Sequence record: NC_019526.1
Reading direction: 5' to 3' (one strand)
Length of the DNA: 64,000 nucleotides
Shown here: one piece after another, positions 9,245-17,695 of the stretch
Position numbering within the stretch: the first letter of the stretch is position 1
Layout of the letters: each line of letters begins with the position of its first letter
The notes under the pieces: generated by a model
Database searches by the model: none
What the model was told of the DNA's origin: nothing
The model's input: only the letters and a program-made list of their open reading frames with translations
Program-made: the position numbers and the translations under genes

Positions 9245-9490
9245 ATGATACTATCTAAAGAAGAACAACAAATTGTTGCACAAGCAATGAGTCTTTTGCA
9301 CTTAACCACTGACAAAGAAAAAGATTTATTCAATCGTCTTAAAACTGGGGTTGATACAGTTCAACGTATAAAAGAGAGTAATGAACGTAAAATGAAATTC
9401 CATGCATCACTCATAGCTATGTATGGTCCAAATGCACATTTACATTATAATGATTATTATCAATACTGTGAAAAAAATGGTTTTTGGTGA
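9245..9490 (+). CDS. hypothetical protein
   Basis: MILSKEE N-terminus shared with 8330..8611. Confidence 0.75.
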   Translation: MILSKEEQQIVAQAMSLLHLTTDKEKDLFNRLKTGVDTVQRIKESNERKMKFHASLIAMYGPNAHLHYNDYYQYCEKNGFW

Positions 9491-9534
9491 AATAAAAGAT
9501 TGACAAATAACATTAGTACTGTATAATGTTTACA

Positions 9535-9621
9535 ATCAAGACAAGATTAGTTCAGTAGGTAGGAACCGTTCTATGTGTATCTAAGAATAAGTTGTGGTTC
9601 GATTCCCTATCTTGTCTTGAT
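9535..9621 (+). ncRNA. tRNA-like RNA with 12-bp acceptor stem and 11-nt anticodon loop
   Basis: ATCAAGACAAGA/TCTTGTCTTGAT stem, D arm GTTC-AGTAGGTAG-GAAC, T loop GG-TTCGATT-CC; directly after TTGACA-16-TATAAT (9500-9527). Confidence 0.65.
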
Positions 9622-9625
9622 TTCA

Positions 9626-9815
9626 GTGGTGAGCTTTAGTGATACATCTATTGACGATGCGGGTGTGAGGGTGGCTACCTCAGCAGTGGCGAATTATGTA
9701 GCAACTGTGCTGAAAGATGCTAAGACAGTTCGATTCTGTCCACCCGCCGCACTAAAGGTAGGGTACTAAGTACCAGAAACTAACACGAGGCAGTCGGAAT
9801 ATACGCCTACACCAC
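9626..9815 (+). ncRNA. about 190-nt RNA with an embedded tRNA-like domain (9659-9747)
   Basis: Acceptor GCGGGTG/CACCCGC, perfect T arm GACAG-TTCGATT-CTGTC, enclosed by CTTTAGTG/CACTAAAG and GTGGTG/CACCAC stems. Confidence 0.6.
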
Positions 9816-9846
9816 AATTACTTTTAATTTAATTGAGGAACAAAAC

Positions 9847-10194
9847 ATGTCAGAATCACTTGTAAATAAAAACTCTCAAGGATTTGTAATTGCAAATAAA
9901 AACCCTCAAGGGTTTGTAATTATTGATCTGAATCTTAGCAGCGGGAGAATGTTCCAAAGTACTGATGCATGTATGCAATTTGACTTCCTCGGTTATGAAA
10001 TTAGTGTTAGTACAGGTGGTTCAGTACTACAAGGTGGTTTTCTTCAGGAAATTTTAGTTACTGATCCAGAAGAACGTCCTCACTTCATTCAGGGGTCGGT
10101 GCAAGATGCTATTATGTTTGTTATTCAGCGTGAACAAAATAGAAACTTTAATGAATTTACTAATGCAATGAGTAATAAGATTGAAGAAGTTTAA
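9847..10194 (+). CDS. hypothetical protein
   Basis: GAGG SD; 10-aa tandem duplication at N-terminus. Confidence 0.75.
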   Translation: MSESLVNKNSQGFVIANKNPQGFVIIDLNLSSGRMFQSTDACMQFDFLGYEISVSTGGSVLQGGFLQEILVTDPEERPHFIQGSVQDAIMFVIQREQNRNFNEFTNAMSNKIEEV

Positions 10195-10438
10195 AGTTAA
10201 TGTTAAGTACTTCACATTCTATAGTTTAGATCCAAATGATTGTCATCCAGGATTTTTTGAATGCACCCTAATCAGGGAGAATGAATGTGAAGTACTATAC
10301 TTTATATATAAAATGTATAACAAAATAGTTGTTTATGATTATAGAAAAAGAAATCCATATCCAGGAGAAACCTTATATTTCAATCAAACAATTATTGACT
10401 CATACAGTATAATTTGTACTGGTGAATATGATGAATAA
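10181..10438 (+). CDS. hypothetical protein
   Basis: Packed + strand ORF. Confidence 0.7.
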   Translation: MKKFKVNVKYFTFYSLDPNDCHPGFFECTLIRENECEVLYFIYKMYNKIVVYDYRKRNPYPGETLYFNQTIIDSYSIICTGEYDE

Positions 10439-10622
10439 TAAGTATTATAATTTTGAATTGAAATATATACTTCGCATATCAGACGATGATACAGAATGTG
10501 TCGCACATATACAAACTTTGGCATGTAATCCGACAGACGCAGTAATTAAAATAATAGAAGCTAATATTTTACCATGTAAAAAATCAAATTTTATATTAAT
10601 AACATCAATTAGATTAACTTAA
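10428..10622 (+). CDS. small protein, paralog of 10836..11018
   Basis: Shared YxFxLKYI...NPxxAxxKII...FxLITSI pattern. Confidence 0.75.
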   Translation: MMNNKYYNFELKYILRISDDDTECVAHIQTLACNPTDAVIKIIEANILPCKKSNFILITSIRLT

Positions 10623-10626
10623 AAAA

Positions 10627-10833
10627 ATGTCAGATTGTAAAAAATATAGTATATCTGGAACATATTCAATAAATTTCAAAGGTCTAAAAGAACAACAACA
10701 AAGAACATTCAAAGTCGTATTTTGTTCAACTAATCCTATTCAAGCATTGAATCAATTAATTACGCAATACTATCTATACAGTACTCCATTTTATATATAT
10801 ATTATTGAATCTTATAAAATTGTGGAAATATAA
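10627..10833 (+). CDS. small protein, probable member of same tandem family
   Basis: STNPIQALNQLI resembles NP-x-x-A motif. Confidence 0.7.
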   Translation: MSDCKKYSISGTYSINFKGLKEQQQRTFKVVFCSTNPIQALNQLITQYYLYSTPFYIYIIESYKIVEI

Positions 10834-10835
10834 AA

Positions 10836-11018
10836 ATGAATTATTATACTTTTGCATTGAAATATATTTCAGCATATTCACCTAATGTGGAAGGTAAATG
10901 TGTTATAAAAGCACAAGGAAATAATCCAATTGAAGCCATTATGAAAATAATATCTACTAATTCATTCCCTGATAAAAATTCAACGTTTGTACTAATTACT
11001 TCAATTGTCATTCAATGA
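10836..11018 (+). CDS. small protein, paralog of 10428..10622
   Basis: Shared pattern. Confidence 0.75.
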   Translation: MNYYTFALKYISAYSPNVEGKCVIKAQGNNPIEAIMKIISTNSFPDKNSTFVLITSIVIQ

Positions 11019-11033
11019 TAATTTGGATATAGT

Positions 11034-11297
11034 ATGAATATATATACAGTAACTGGAATTCATATGGCTCAATTTACAGGAACATTTCCAATGATTGGTG
11101 GTGTTCCTGTAAATACAATTCCTAAAAAATTTAAATTCCGAATTTCAGCAGATAATGAAGTACATGCGTATTATAAAGTTATAGAAAAATATAATGTTTA
11201 TAATACCTGCAATTATTTTTATATAATTTATGATGTTAAAGTTGACATTCATTATACCCCATATAGTAAGAATAACCTCATTAATATCTTAATCTAA
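11034..11297 (+). CDS. hypothetical protein
   Basis: Packed + strand ORF. Confidence 0.7.
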   Translation: MNIYTVTGIHMAQFTGTFPMIGGVPVNTIPKKFKFRISADNEVHAYYKVIEKYNVYNTCNYFYIIYDVKVDIHYTPYSKNNLINILI

Positions 11298-11310
11298 CAG
11301 AGAAAATAAA

Positions 11311-11979
11311 ATGCTTGCTAATCTGAAATACATGATCAGTACTGAAGCACGTGATGAAAAAGGTTGCTACATTAAATCCGAAACCAAAACATTTGATGAT
11401 CTTGGTATGAGTGGTGTTTTTCATGAATGTCATTTCGATCCATATCACCCATTTTGGTCTAAACATCAGGAACCAGAGAAAGTACAAAATACTCGAATTT
11501 TTTGTGCATTACAAACAAATACACCTGGCATCATCGCGGCGTATAATGCGGATGATGTAATCGACCACATGACGAATTATGAAGTAATCGATGAGCACCC
11601 AATGATTAGTCCAAGGGGTGAAGTTTATACACATCAAGATTTCCATTCAATGTTTAATGAAATGGAGAGGATCATTCTTCCCAGTGGTAAACAACGACCT
11701 GAATATATGAACTTGGTTGGTTCTTATGGTGTAGCAGATAACATTGAACAAATTCTTCGTAAGTATAAATCATTGTTAAATAGTCCAGATGAAGTTGTAT
11801 TAACTATCCATCCTGTACTGAAAAAGGATCAACCAGAAAGTGGTGGTTGGCGTTGGCATAAATGGGGGTCATATATCGGCAATCACAAGATTAAGTGTGA
11901 ATATTTGTATGATGAAGTTGGTATTGATAAAGTTTTGTGTTATAATTGGATCTACGTAAAACCCAAAAAAGGAATCTAA
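11311..11979 (+). CDS. phage protein of the GWRWHKWGxYIG family
   Basis: C-terminal domain YGVADNIEQ...GGWRWHKWGSYIG; paralog at 23646..24233. Confidence 0.8.
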   Translation: MLANLKYMISTEARDEKGCYIKSETKTFDDLGMSGVFHECHFDPYHPFWSKHQEPEKVQNTRIFCALQTNTPGIIAAYNADDVIDHMTNYEVIDEHPMISPRGEVYTHQDFHSMFNEMERIILPSGKQRPEYMNLVGSYGVADNIEQILRKYKSLLNSPDEVVLTIHPVLKKDQPESGGWRWHKWGSYIGNHKIKCEYLYDEVGIDKVLCYNWIYVKPKKGI

Positions 11980-11981
11980 AA

Positions 11982-12251
11982 ATGATTAATGTATTAGCAT
12001 TGGTACTTATTTTGCTCTTTATTATGTTACCAACACTTATTTCTGTTACACGCAATACAGTAGAAACTTCACTACGTGTATTTTTACTTAACTTTATGTT
12101 ATTGGTTATTTCAATCATCGTTCCTTACAGTGAATCACTTATTGATGGTATCAGTAACATTTTACTTGTTTGGTCTTATTTGATTATGTTATCTTATATT
12201 CCAGACGAATCAGATCCAAAAGATTTAAGAAATGTTGTAAGATACGTGTGA
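11982..12251 (+). CDS. hypothetical membrane protein
   Basis: Three hydrophobic segments. Confidence 0.7.
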   Translation: MINVLALVLILLFIMLPTLISVTRNTVETSLRVFLLNFMLLVISIIVPYSESLIDGISNILLVWSYLIMLSYIPDESDPKDLRNVVRYV

Positions 12252-12264
12252 TTAAGGATTAATT

Positions 12265-12525
12265 GTGGCAAGTGGGTTTGTTGATGATGATTGTGTAAAC
12301 AATACCATAGAAAGCACAGTACTTAATGCTATTGATTTTGCAAGAAGTAATCTATATTCAGGTGAATCATTTAAGTACTGTACTGACTGCGGTGATGAAA
12401 TACCAGAAAAACGTCGGGCAGTTCTTAGTGGTGTAAAACGTTGTGTGAAATGTCAATCTAAGGTAGACAATTCATATAAAGAGTATTATAATAGACGTGG
12501 ATCAAAAGATTCACAATTACGTTAA
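12265..12525 (+). CDS. ybiI: DksA/TraR C4 zinc-finger protein, YbiI-like
   Basis: MASGFVDDD start, CTDC/CVKC finger, terminal YNRRGSKDSQLR matching enterobacterial YbiI as recalled. Confidence 0.9.
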   Translation: MASGFVDDDCVNNTIESTVLNAIDFARSNLYSGESFKYCTDCGDEIPEKRRAVLSGVKRCVKCQSKVDNSYKEYYNRRGSKDSQLR

Positions 12526-12536
12526 AAGGAAACAAA

Positions 12537-12860
12537 ATGATTGGATTAATTTCGGTTGTACTTACTATCCCATATATTATTATTGTGTGGGCGATGGTTT
12601 GCAGTTTGTTACAGGAAAATGGTTCACTGAAGGGTAGTAGATTTAATTATAAAGAAGATTTTCTATTAAATTCTAATACAGTGTCCTTACTATACAAAAT
12701 CGTTTGGATTTGGTTAGCAGCTACAGTACTGAACTTCTTTTTCCCTGTATTTGGAATTGTACTATATATTGTTAATATTGTTATTATTCTGGTATCATTG
12801 TATTGGTTGTACGAATGTTACAAATCTGGAAAATTCAAAGTTTGGTTTAATAAAAAATAA
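12537..12860 (+). CDS. hypothetical membrane protein
   Basis: Three hydrophobic segments. Confidence 0.75.
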   Translation: MIGLISVVLTIPYIIIVWAMVCSLLQENGSLKGSRFNYKEDFLLNSNTVSLLYKIVWIWLAATVLNFFFPVFGIVLYIVNIVIILVSLYWLYECYKSGKFKVWFNKK

Positions 12861-12926
12861 AAATTATAAATTATAAATACCTTTGTATACTACCTACAAA
12901 GGTATTTTCTTTTTAGAGGATTTATT

Positions 12927-13262
12927 ATGCATATATTACTAAGTTTAGTACTTAGTACTATTTTGCTATCCTTTCTACCTGCCAGTGTATCAGCTAACAA
13001 TGGTTCATTGTGCTTGTCTAATGATGGTGAATGGTACGAAGTACGTTCCGATCCTGATAATCCAAATAACCTCACTATTGATGGTGAAGTCTTTTACATC
13101 CTACAGCAACAAACCCACCTTAATAAAAAAGTCTTGACATTTAAAAGTACCAGTGGTACACTGGCATTGTTAGTTTTGGTTGGTAATCCAGAAACTAAAA
13201 AGGTTTCAATTGACATGTTCCTCACATCTGAGATAAAATCAGTTAAAATTCAATGTAAATAG
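12927..13262 (+). CDS. secreted/periplasmic protein
   Basis: Signal peptide ending VSA; C-x-SNDGE motif shared with 13639..14001. Confidence 0.75.
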   Translation: MHILLSLVLSTILLSFLPASVSANNGSLCLSNDGEWYEVRSDPDNPNNLTIDGEVFYILQQQTHLNKKVLTFKSTSGTLALLVLVGNPETKKVSIDMFLTSEIKSVKIQCK

Positions 13263-13271
13263 GGTATAACA

Positions 13272-13628
13272 ATGCTAGACAAAATTTTTGATATTTTGTT
13301 TTTAATTCCAGTTGTATCAACTGCTATTGTAGTTTTTACAATGCTTAGTTCAGTACTGATTGGTATCCTTTGTCTGGTAATGGGTAGTGATTCTGTATTG
13401 AGATTCAGTTCTAAATATTTTGTTTGGGGAGACGTGCCAGCATTTAATGCTACATTCGTCTCCTTTTTTCTTTTTATTTGTTCTCTCATGTTACATGAAT
13501 TTGAATTGCTGAGTTCGATTTATATCGTAAGCTTCTATTCAATTTTTAGTATGTGTTGTCTGTGGTACATGATCTACAGTATTGATGTTTGGTATACAAA
13601 TTATGTTGAATATAAACACAAAAAATGA
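13272..13628 (+). CDS. hypothetical membrane protein
   Basis: Hydrophobic segments. Confidence 0.75.
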   Translation: MLDKIFDILFLIPVVSTAIVVFTMLSSVLIGILCLVMGSDSVLRFSSKYFVWGDVPAFNATFVSFFLFICSLMLHEFELLSSIYIVSFYSIFSMCCLWYMIYSIDVWYTNYVEYKHKK

Positions 13629-13638
13629 GAATAAAAAT

Positions 13639-14001
13639 ATGAAAACTATTATCTTCTTTGTATTAATGATGATTTGTAGTATCAGTGCACGTGCAGAACT
13701 TATTGTTGATATGGTATGTGTTAGTAATGATGGGGAATCTCATACTTATAAGGTAGACAGAGATAACTTATTAACAATATTAATTGATAACATTCCATAT
13801 GATTATGAAAAAAATACAACTATTGGTGATACTGATATTTCGAAATACGCAAATACAAATAATAAATCCGAATTGGCTTATATTTCAGTTGATGTATATG
13901 AAGATATGCGTACTAAACAACAATTTCCAGAAATTAAATTAGTACTAATGGAAAATGGTGCTAAAGTTGCTAAATTCGGAGGATTATGTCATGATAATTA
14001 A
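13639..14001 (+). CDS. secreted/periplasmic protein
   Basis: Signal peptide ending ARA; C-x-SNDGE motif. Confidence 0.75.
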   Translation: MKTIIFFVLMMICSISARAELIVDMVCVSNDGESHTYKVDRDNLLTILIDNIPYDYEKNTTIGDTDISKYANTNNKSELAYISVDVYEDMRTKQQFPEIKLVLMENGAKVAKFGGLCHDN

Positions 14002-14266
14002 TTTATCAATTAATTATGATTCTTTTTGTTTAAGAGATAATACTGAGAGTATTTTTTATTCTGGTGCCACTCATTTATTTTTTGAAGATTATAAAATACC
14101 ATATGAATTGATTGAAATTAATAATATTGATTATATTCAATATCATGAAAATGATAATATTGTTTGTGTTGAAATTGATAAATTGGAAGAATTAATTAAA
14201 TTTATGAAAAAATATAATTGTAATATTGAATTAAAATCTGATTATGGTATAATTCATTTCAAGTGA
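13991..14266 (+). CDS. hypothetical protein
   Basis: Packed + strand ORF. Confidence 0.7.
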   Translation: MIINLSINYDSFCLRDNTESIFYSGATHLFFEDYKIPYELIEINNIDYIQYHENDNIVCVEIDKLEELIKFMKKYNCNIELKSDYGIIHFK

Positions 14267-14805
14267 GATCCAAAATGAAGCACTGGTCATATAAAAAAAG
14301 ATTAAAGAGAAATAAATGGTATCCAAGATATTATTACATACCATGGATATCGAGTTTTGCAAGATTATCTGCTTTATCTAAAAAATGTACTATTAATAAA
14401 TTTCAAGTAAGTGATATAAGCACTAAAGGTGTATATAAAGTAAAAGTTAACCCAAATGATGAAATTGGTATTTGTTTATTGAATTATAATGAATTTAGTA
14501 TTAACTATATATCTTCTGCTGTGAAATATTTAAATATACTAAGTACTAATTATGAATTTTCAGATTTTTTTACTGGAGACCGCCGACGTATAATTTGCAC
14601 TAAATCTTACGAAAAGATTTCTAATGATATAGATTTTTCAAATTTAACTGAAGAGGAATATTTTCAGTACAGTACGTTATATGATAATCTTGATGATTTA
14701 GTTAAACTTAATACATTGTTTAAATGTATTGAAGAAAAAACCAAAGACAAATTTACATTAATGAATTTTCTACGTGGAATTCAGAAATTTGAGGCTGAAC
14801 AATGA
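14263..14805 (+). CDS. hypothetical protein with EEExFQxST motif
   Basis: LTEEEYFQYSTL. Confidence 0.75.
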   Translation: MRSKMKHWSYKKRLKRNKWYPRYYYIPWISSFARLSALSKKCTINKFQVSDISTKGVYKVKVNPNDEIGICLLNYNEFSINYISSAVKYLNILSTNYEFSDFFTGDRRRIICTKSYEKISNDIDFSNLTEEEYFQYSTLYDNLDDLVKLNTLFKCIEEKTKDKFTLMNFLRGIQKFEAEQ

Positions 14806-15209
14806 AAACGGTACTCGTTTATCGAGTTGAACTGTGTTTTACTGCTATCAGTATTAGTGGTATGAATTATGCTCAACAAGGACCATATACTACATATGAT
14901 GCATGGATGAGCAAAGACAATGGATATAAACCGTGTTTAGTTTCATACGATCCAATTAATCAGCCTGAACCTGAAAATGATGGATTAGAACATACATTTG
15001 CAGTAATTTATGGATTTCGTGATAAAAACCAAATGTTTGATTGGTTTTGTTGTGATATCGTCTCTTTACATTATGCTGGATTTGTGTTAAGCGTATATGA
15101 AGTACCAATTGAAGATGTAAATTATGGTAGAAAACAGTTGAATTTTTATCCAAATGAGAGTAGACTTATCTCTGTAGAATCGTTGTTGGACATTGCAGAG
15201 GATTATTAA
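14802..15209 (+). CDS. hypothetical phage protein
   Basis: Packed + strand ORF. Confidence 0.75.
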   Translation: MKTVLVYRVELCFTAISISGMNYAQQGPYTTYDAWMSKDNGYKPCLVSYDPINQPEPENDGLEHTFAVIYGFRDKNQMFDWFCCDIVSLHYAGFVLSVYEVPIEDVNYGRKQLNFYPNESRLISVESLLDIAEDY

Positions 15210-15493
15210 TGAAAACTGTGACAATCAAAGAAATCCAAAATAATTGGCAAGATTTAATTGAATTTAAATATAATTTTGAAGAATACAAGAAAGATACAGC
15301 GGCAAGAAATGCTTTAAATTCTGCATTTGGCTGTAAGTTAAAAGCAGCATTCTGTACTGTATATCCTGCTGTGACAGTTGATAAAACAGGCATCGATTTT
15401 GGTGCAGCACGTATTATTTTCATTACAGAGAAAGGTGATGTAAGAATGATCTCTTCTTCTGAATGGGGTGGTATCAGTACTAAATTAAATTAA
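15209..15493 (+). CDS. hypothetical protein
   Basis: Coupled start. Confidence 0.75.
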   Translation: MKTVTIKEIQNNWQDLIEFKYNFEEYKKDTAARNALNSAFGCKLKAAFCTVYPAVTVDKTGIDFGAARIIFITEKGDVRMISSSEWGGISTKLN

Positions 15494-15505
15494 AGGTATA
15501 TTTCC

Positions 15506-15994
15506 ATGAAACCAAATAATGTTATTGTTAATGTTCCTGAATTCCATAATGTCGTTGTGCAAGGAAAGGATTATATGACATTGGGATGTTGTGGATATGA
15601 ATTGTTTACAGTACTAAAATACCATAAACAAGATGATCGTCATCATGTTATTGTACAAAATACTGGATATCTTTGTACTATTGATAATAGTCCAAATATG
15701 CTCGCAGAGAATCCAACAACAATTCAAAAATACTTAATTGAAAATCACGGTAATGACGCTGGTTTATTCTCTTTCAGTGACATGACAGAAGAGGAAGCAA
15801 ATAGTTTTATTCCCATTGATCAAAATAAAAATGCACCTGTAGTATTTTTATACGAAGATGATGCATTCATTTATCGTGACAAACTTTGTATTCTCATCAA
15901 TGGAGAAGAAAAGTCTTTTCATGAAATCAGTGCGGATAAGAAATATATTTTTACTGTAGTACTCAATCGCATTACTGAAGTACTGATGGATTGA
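15506..15994 (+). CDS. hypothetical protein
   Basis: AAGG SD. Confidence 0.75.
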   Translation: MKPNNVIVNVPEFHNVVVQGKDYMTLGCCGYELFTVLKYHKQDDRHHVIVQNTGYLCTIDNSPNMLAENPTTIQKYLIENHGNDAGLFSFSDMTEEEANSFIPIDQNKNAPVVFLYEDDAFIYRDKLCILINGEEKSFHEISADKKYIFTVVLNRITEVLMD

Positions 15995-15999
15995 TATTA

Positions 16000-16036
16000 A
16001 AAATGGTTGACTTTATGTCAACCATTTTGTTATTAT
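16000..16036 (+). promoter_or_regulatory. fused terminator-promoter stem-loop (first of about 17 copies)
   Basis: AAAATGGTTGAC-ttat-GTCAACCATTTT hairpin containing -35 TTGACT; -10 TATTAT 17 bp later. Confidence 0.8.
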
Positions 16037-16069
16037 ACGCATATATTAAGTCAATAAGGATTTATTTTA

Positions 16070-16372
16070 ATGAAAAATAAATTAGTGCTTACTATCATTT
16101 TTTTAATTCCATCAATCCCTTCATATGCAGGTAAATTGAGTGAGCCAGTTTGTGAAGTACGAGTATGTAATAAAATTTCTCGTTTTTCTTTAGATATTAT
16201 GTCACATATTAAAGATAAAATGGGTGAGAAATGTGATACTGTATTATTACCCAAATCAGAATCATATGTTGGTAATGTATTATCATCAGAAAGTCGTTGG
16301 TATCAAGGTAGTTCTATCAATCCAACAAAGAAATCAGTGACGAAAGTTGTAGAAGTACTTGAATGTCAATGA
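16070..16372 (+). CDS. secreted Cys-containing protein
   Basis: Signal peptide ending SYA; four Cys. Confidence 0.75.
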   Translation: MKNKLVLTIIFLIPSIPSYAGKLSEPVCEVRVCNKISRFSLDIMSHIKDKMGEKCDTVLLPKSESYVGNVLSSESRWYQGSSINPTKKSVTKVVEVLECQ

Positions 16373-16464
16373 TTAATAATTTAAAGCCAACAAAAGGTTG
16401 ACTTCGGTCAGCCTTTTTTCTATTGGTAAATATTCATGATAACAAAGAATCAAGGATGATTTTT

Positions 16465-17652
16465 ATGGCAAGCGGAATAAGATTAACCCAAGAAGAAGCA
16501 GAAATATTAGTTCAAGAACAATGTATTAAAAATAATTATACGTATAAACCATTTACATATATTAATGCAAAAACTATTTTAATATTGAAGTGTGATGATG
16601 CCGAACATGAAGAATGGAAATGTAAATTTGGTAAATTCATTTATAATGGAACTGGCTGCCCTGAATGTAAAGGAAGAAATTCGTTAAAAGAAAAAACTGC
16701 AAGAAAAAGAGTACATGATATATGTACTTCCAAAGGATATACTTATGATCCGTCATTTACATTCAATGGTTCTATTAAAACCATAATTACGGTTTATTGT
16801 AATGTTAATGGACATAAACCATATAAAATAACCTATAATGCATTAGTAAATCAGAAATATGGATGTATTGAATGTGGTGGTAGATTGAAACTATCACAGC
16901 AAAAAGCTGAATCAAATGTGATTAAACGATGTTCTGAAGTTGGCTATACTTATAGACCATTTGAATATAAAAATAATAATACTAAGATTTTATTAAATTG
17001 TTCAATTACAGAACATGAAGAATTTTATATAAGTTATTATAATTTTATTAGTAACAAAAATGGTTGTCCTGTCTGTAGTAAGTTACGTGTTTCAGAAAAG
17101 CTTAGACTTTCACAAGAGGAAGCAGAATTTCGATTGAATGAAATATGTTTATTGAATGGATATTCATATGAACCATTTGTGTATATTAATTCATCAACTG
17201 TTATAGATATGAAATGTTCAGTTCCTGAACATCCTTCTTGGAAATCTAGTTTTCAAAATACTGTACAAAAAAGACGAGGGTGTCCGTGTTGTTTTATTGG
17301 TGGTTATGATCCAAACAAACCAGGTTATTTGTATATACACAGAATACATGGAGATGATAAAACATATTATAAGTTTGGTATAACAAATAATTATGAAGAT
17401 AGATTCAAACAATATAATAATAATGCATTCAAAACTGAAAAATTTAAAACATATTATAGTACTGATGGTTTATTAATAAAGGATATAGAATATTATATTA
17501 AATATAAATCTAATATTGAACGATGTGTTTTATCGAAAGAAAATTACAAGGATGGATATACTGAAACCATAAATGAATCGTCATATGAGCAGTTAATACA
17601 TATAATAGAACAATATAACGTAGAATCTATTGACGTAAATGCAATTAAGTAG
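16465..17652 (+). CDS. free-standing homing endonuclease (Zn-ribbon repeats + GIY-YIG/T5orf172-like domain)
   Basis: Four C...H...GCPxC repeats and C-terminal GYLYI...YYKFGITNN...RF. Confidence 0.75.
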   Translation: MASGIRLTQEEAEILVQEQCIKNNYTYKPFTYINAKTILILKCDDAEHEEWKCKFGKFIYNGTGCPECKGRNSLKEKTARKRVHDICTSKGYTYDPSFTFNGSIKTIITVYCNVNGHKPYKITYNALVNQKYGCIECGGRLKLSQQKAESNVIKRCSEVGYTYRPFEYKNNNTKILLNCSITEHEEFYISYYNFISNKNGCPVCSKLRVSEKLRLSQEEAEFRLNEICLLNGYSYEPFVYINSSTVIDMKCSVPEHPSWKSSFQNTVQKRRGCPCCFIGGYDPNKPGYLYIHRIHGDDKTYYKFGITNNYEDRFKQYNNNAFKTEKFKTYYSTDGLLIKDIEYYIKYKSNIERCVLSKENYKDGYTETINESSYEQLIHIIEQYNVESIDVNAIK

Positions 17653-17695
17653 TAAAATAAATAATAGTATATTTTAAGTTAAAGGAGGGCATACA

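Noticed and set aside
8642-9747. Canonical tRNA genes
   Set aside because: None has a 7-nt anticodon loop or encoded CCA; reported as tRNA-like RNAs instead
9575-9769. ORF 9575..9769
   Set aside because: Overlaps two tRNA-like folds and lacks an SD
9865-9923. 30-bp tandem duplication containing AACCCTCAAGGGT
   Set aside because: In-frame coding duplication; resemblance to the cassette hairpin lacks promoter context and the TGC/TGTATCTA part
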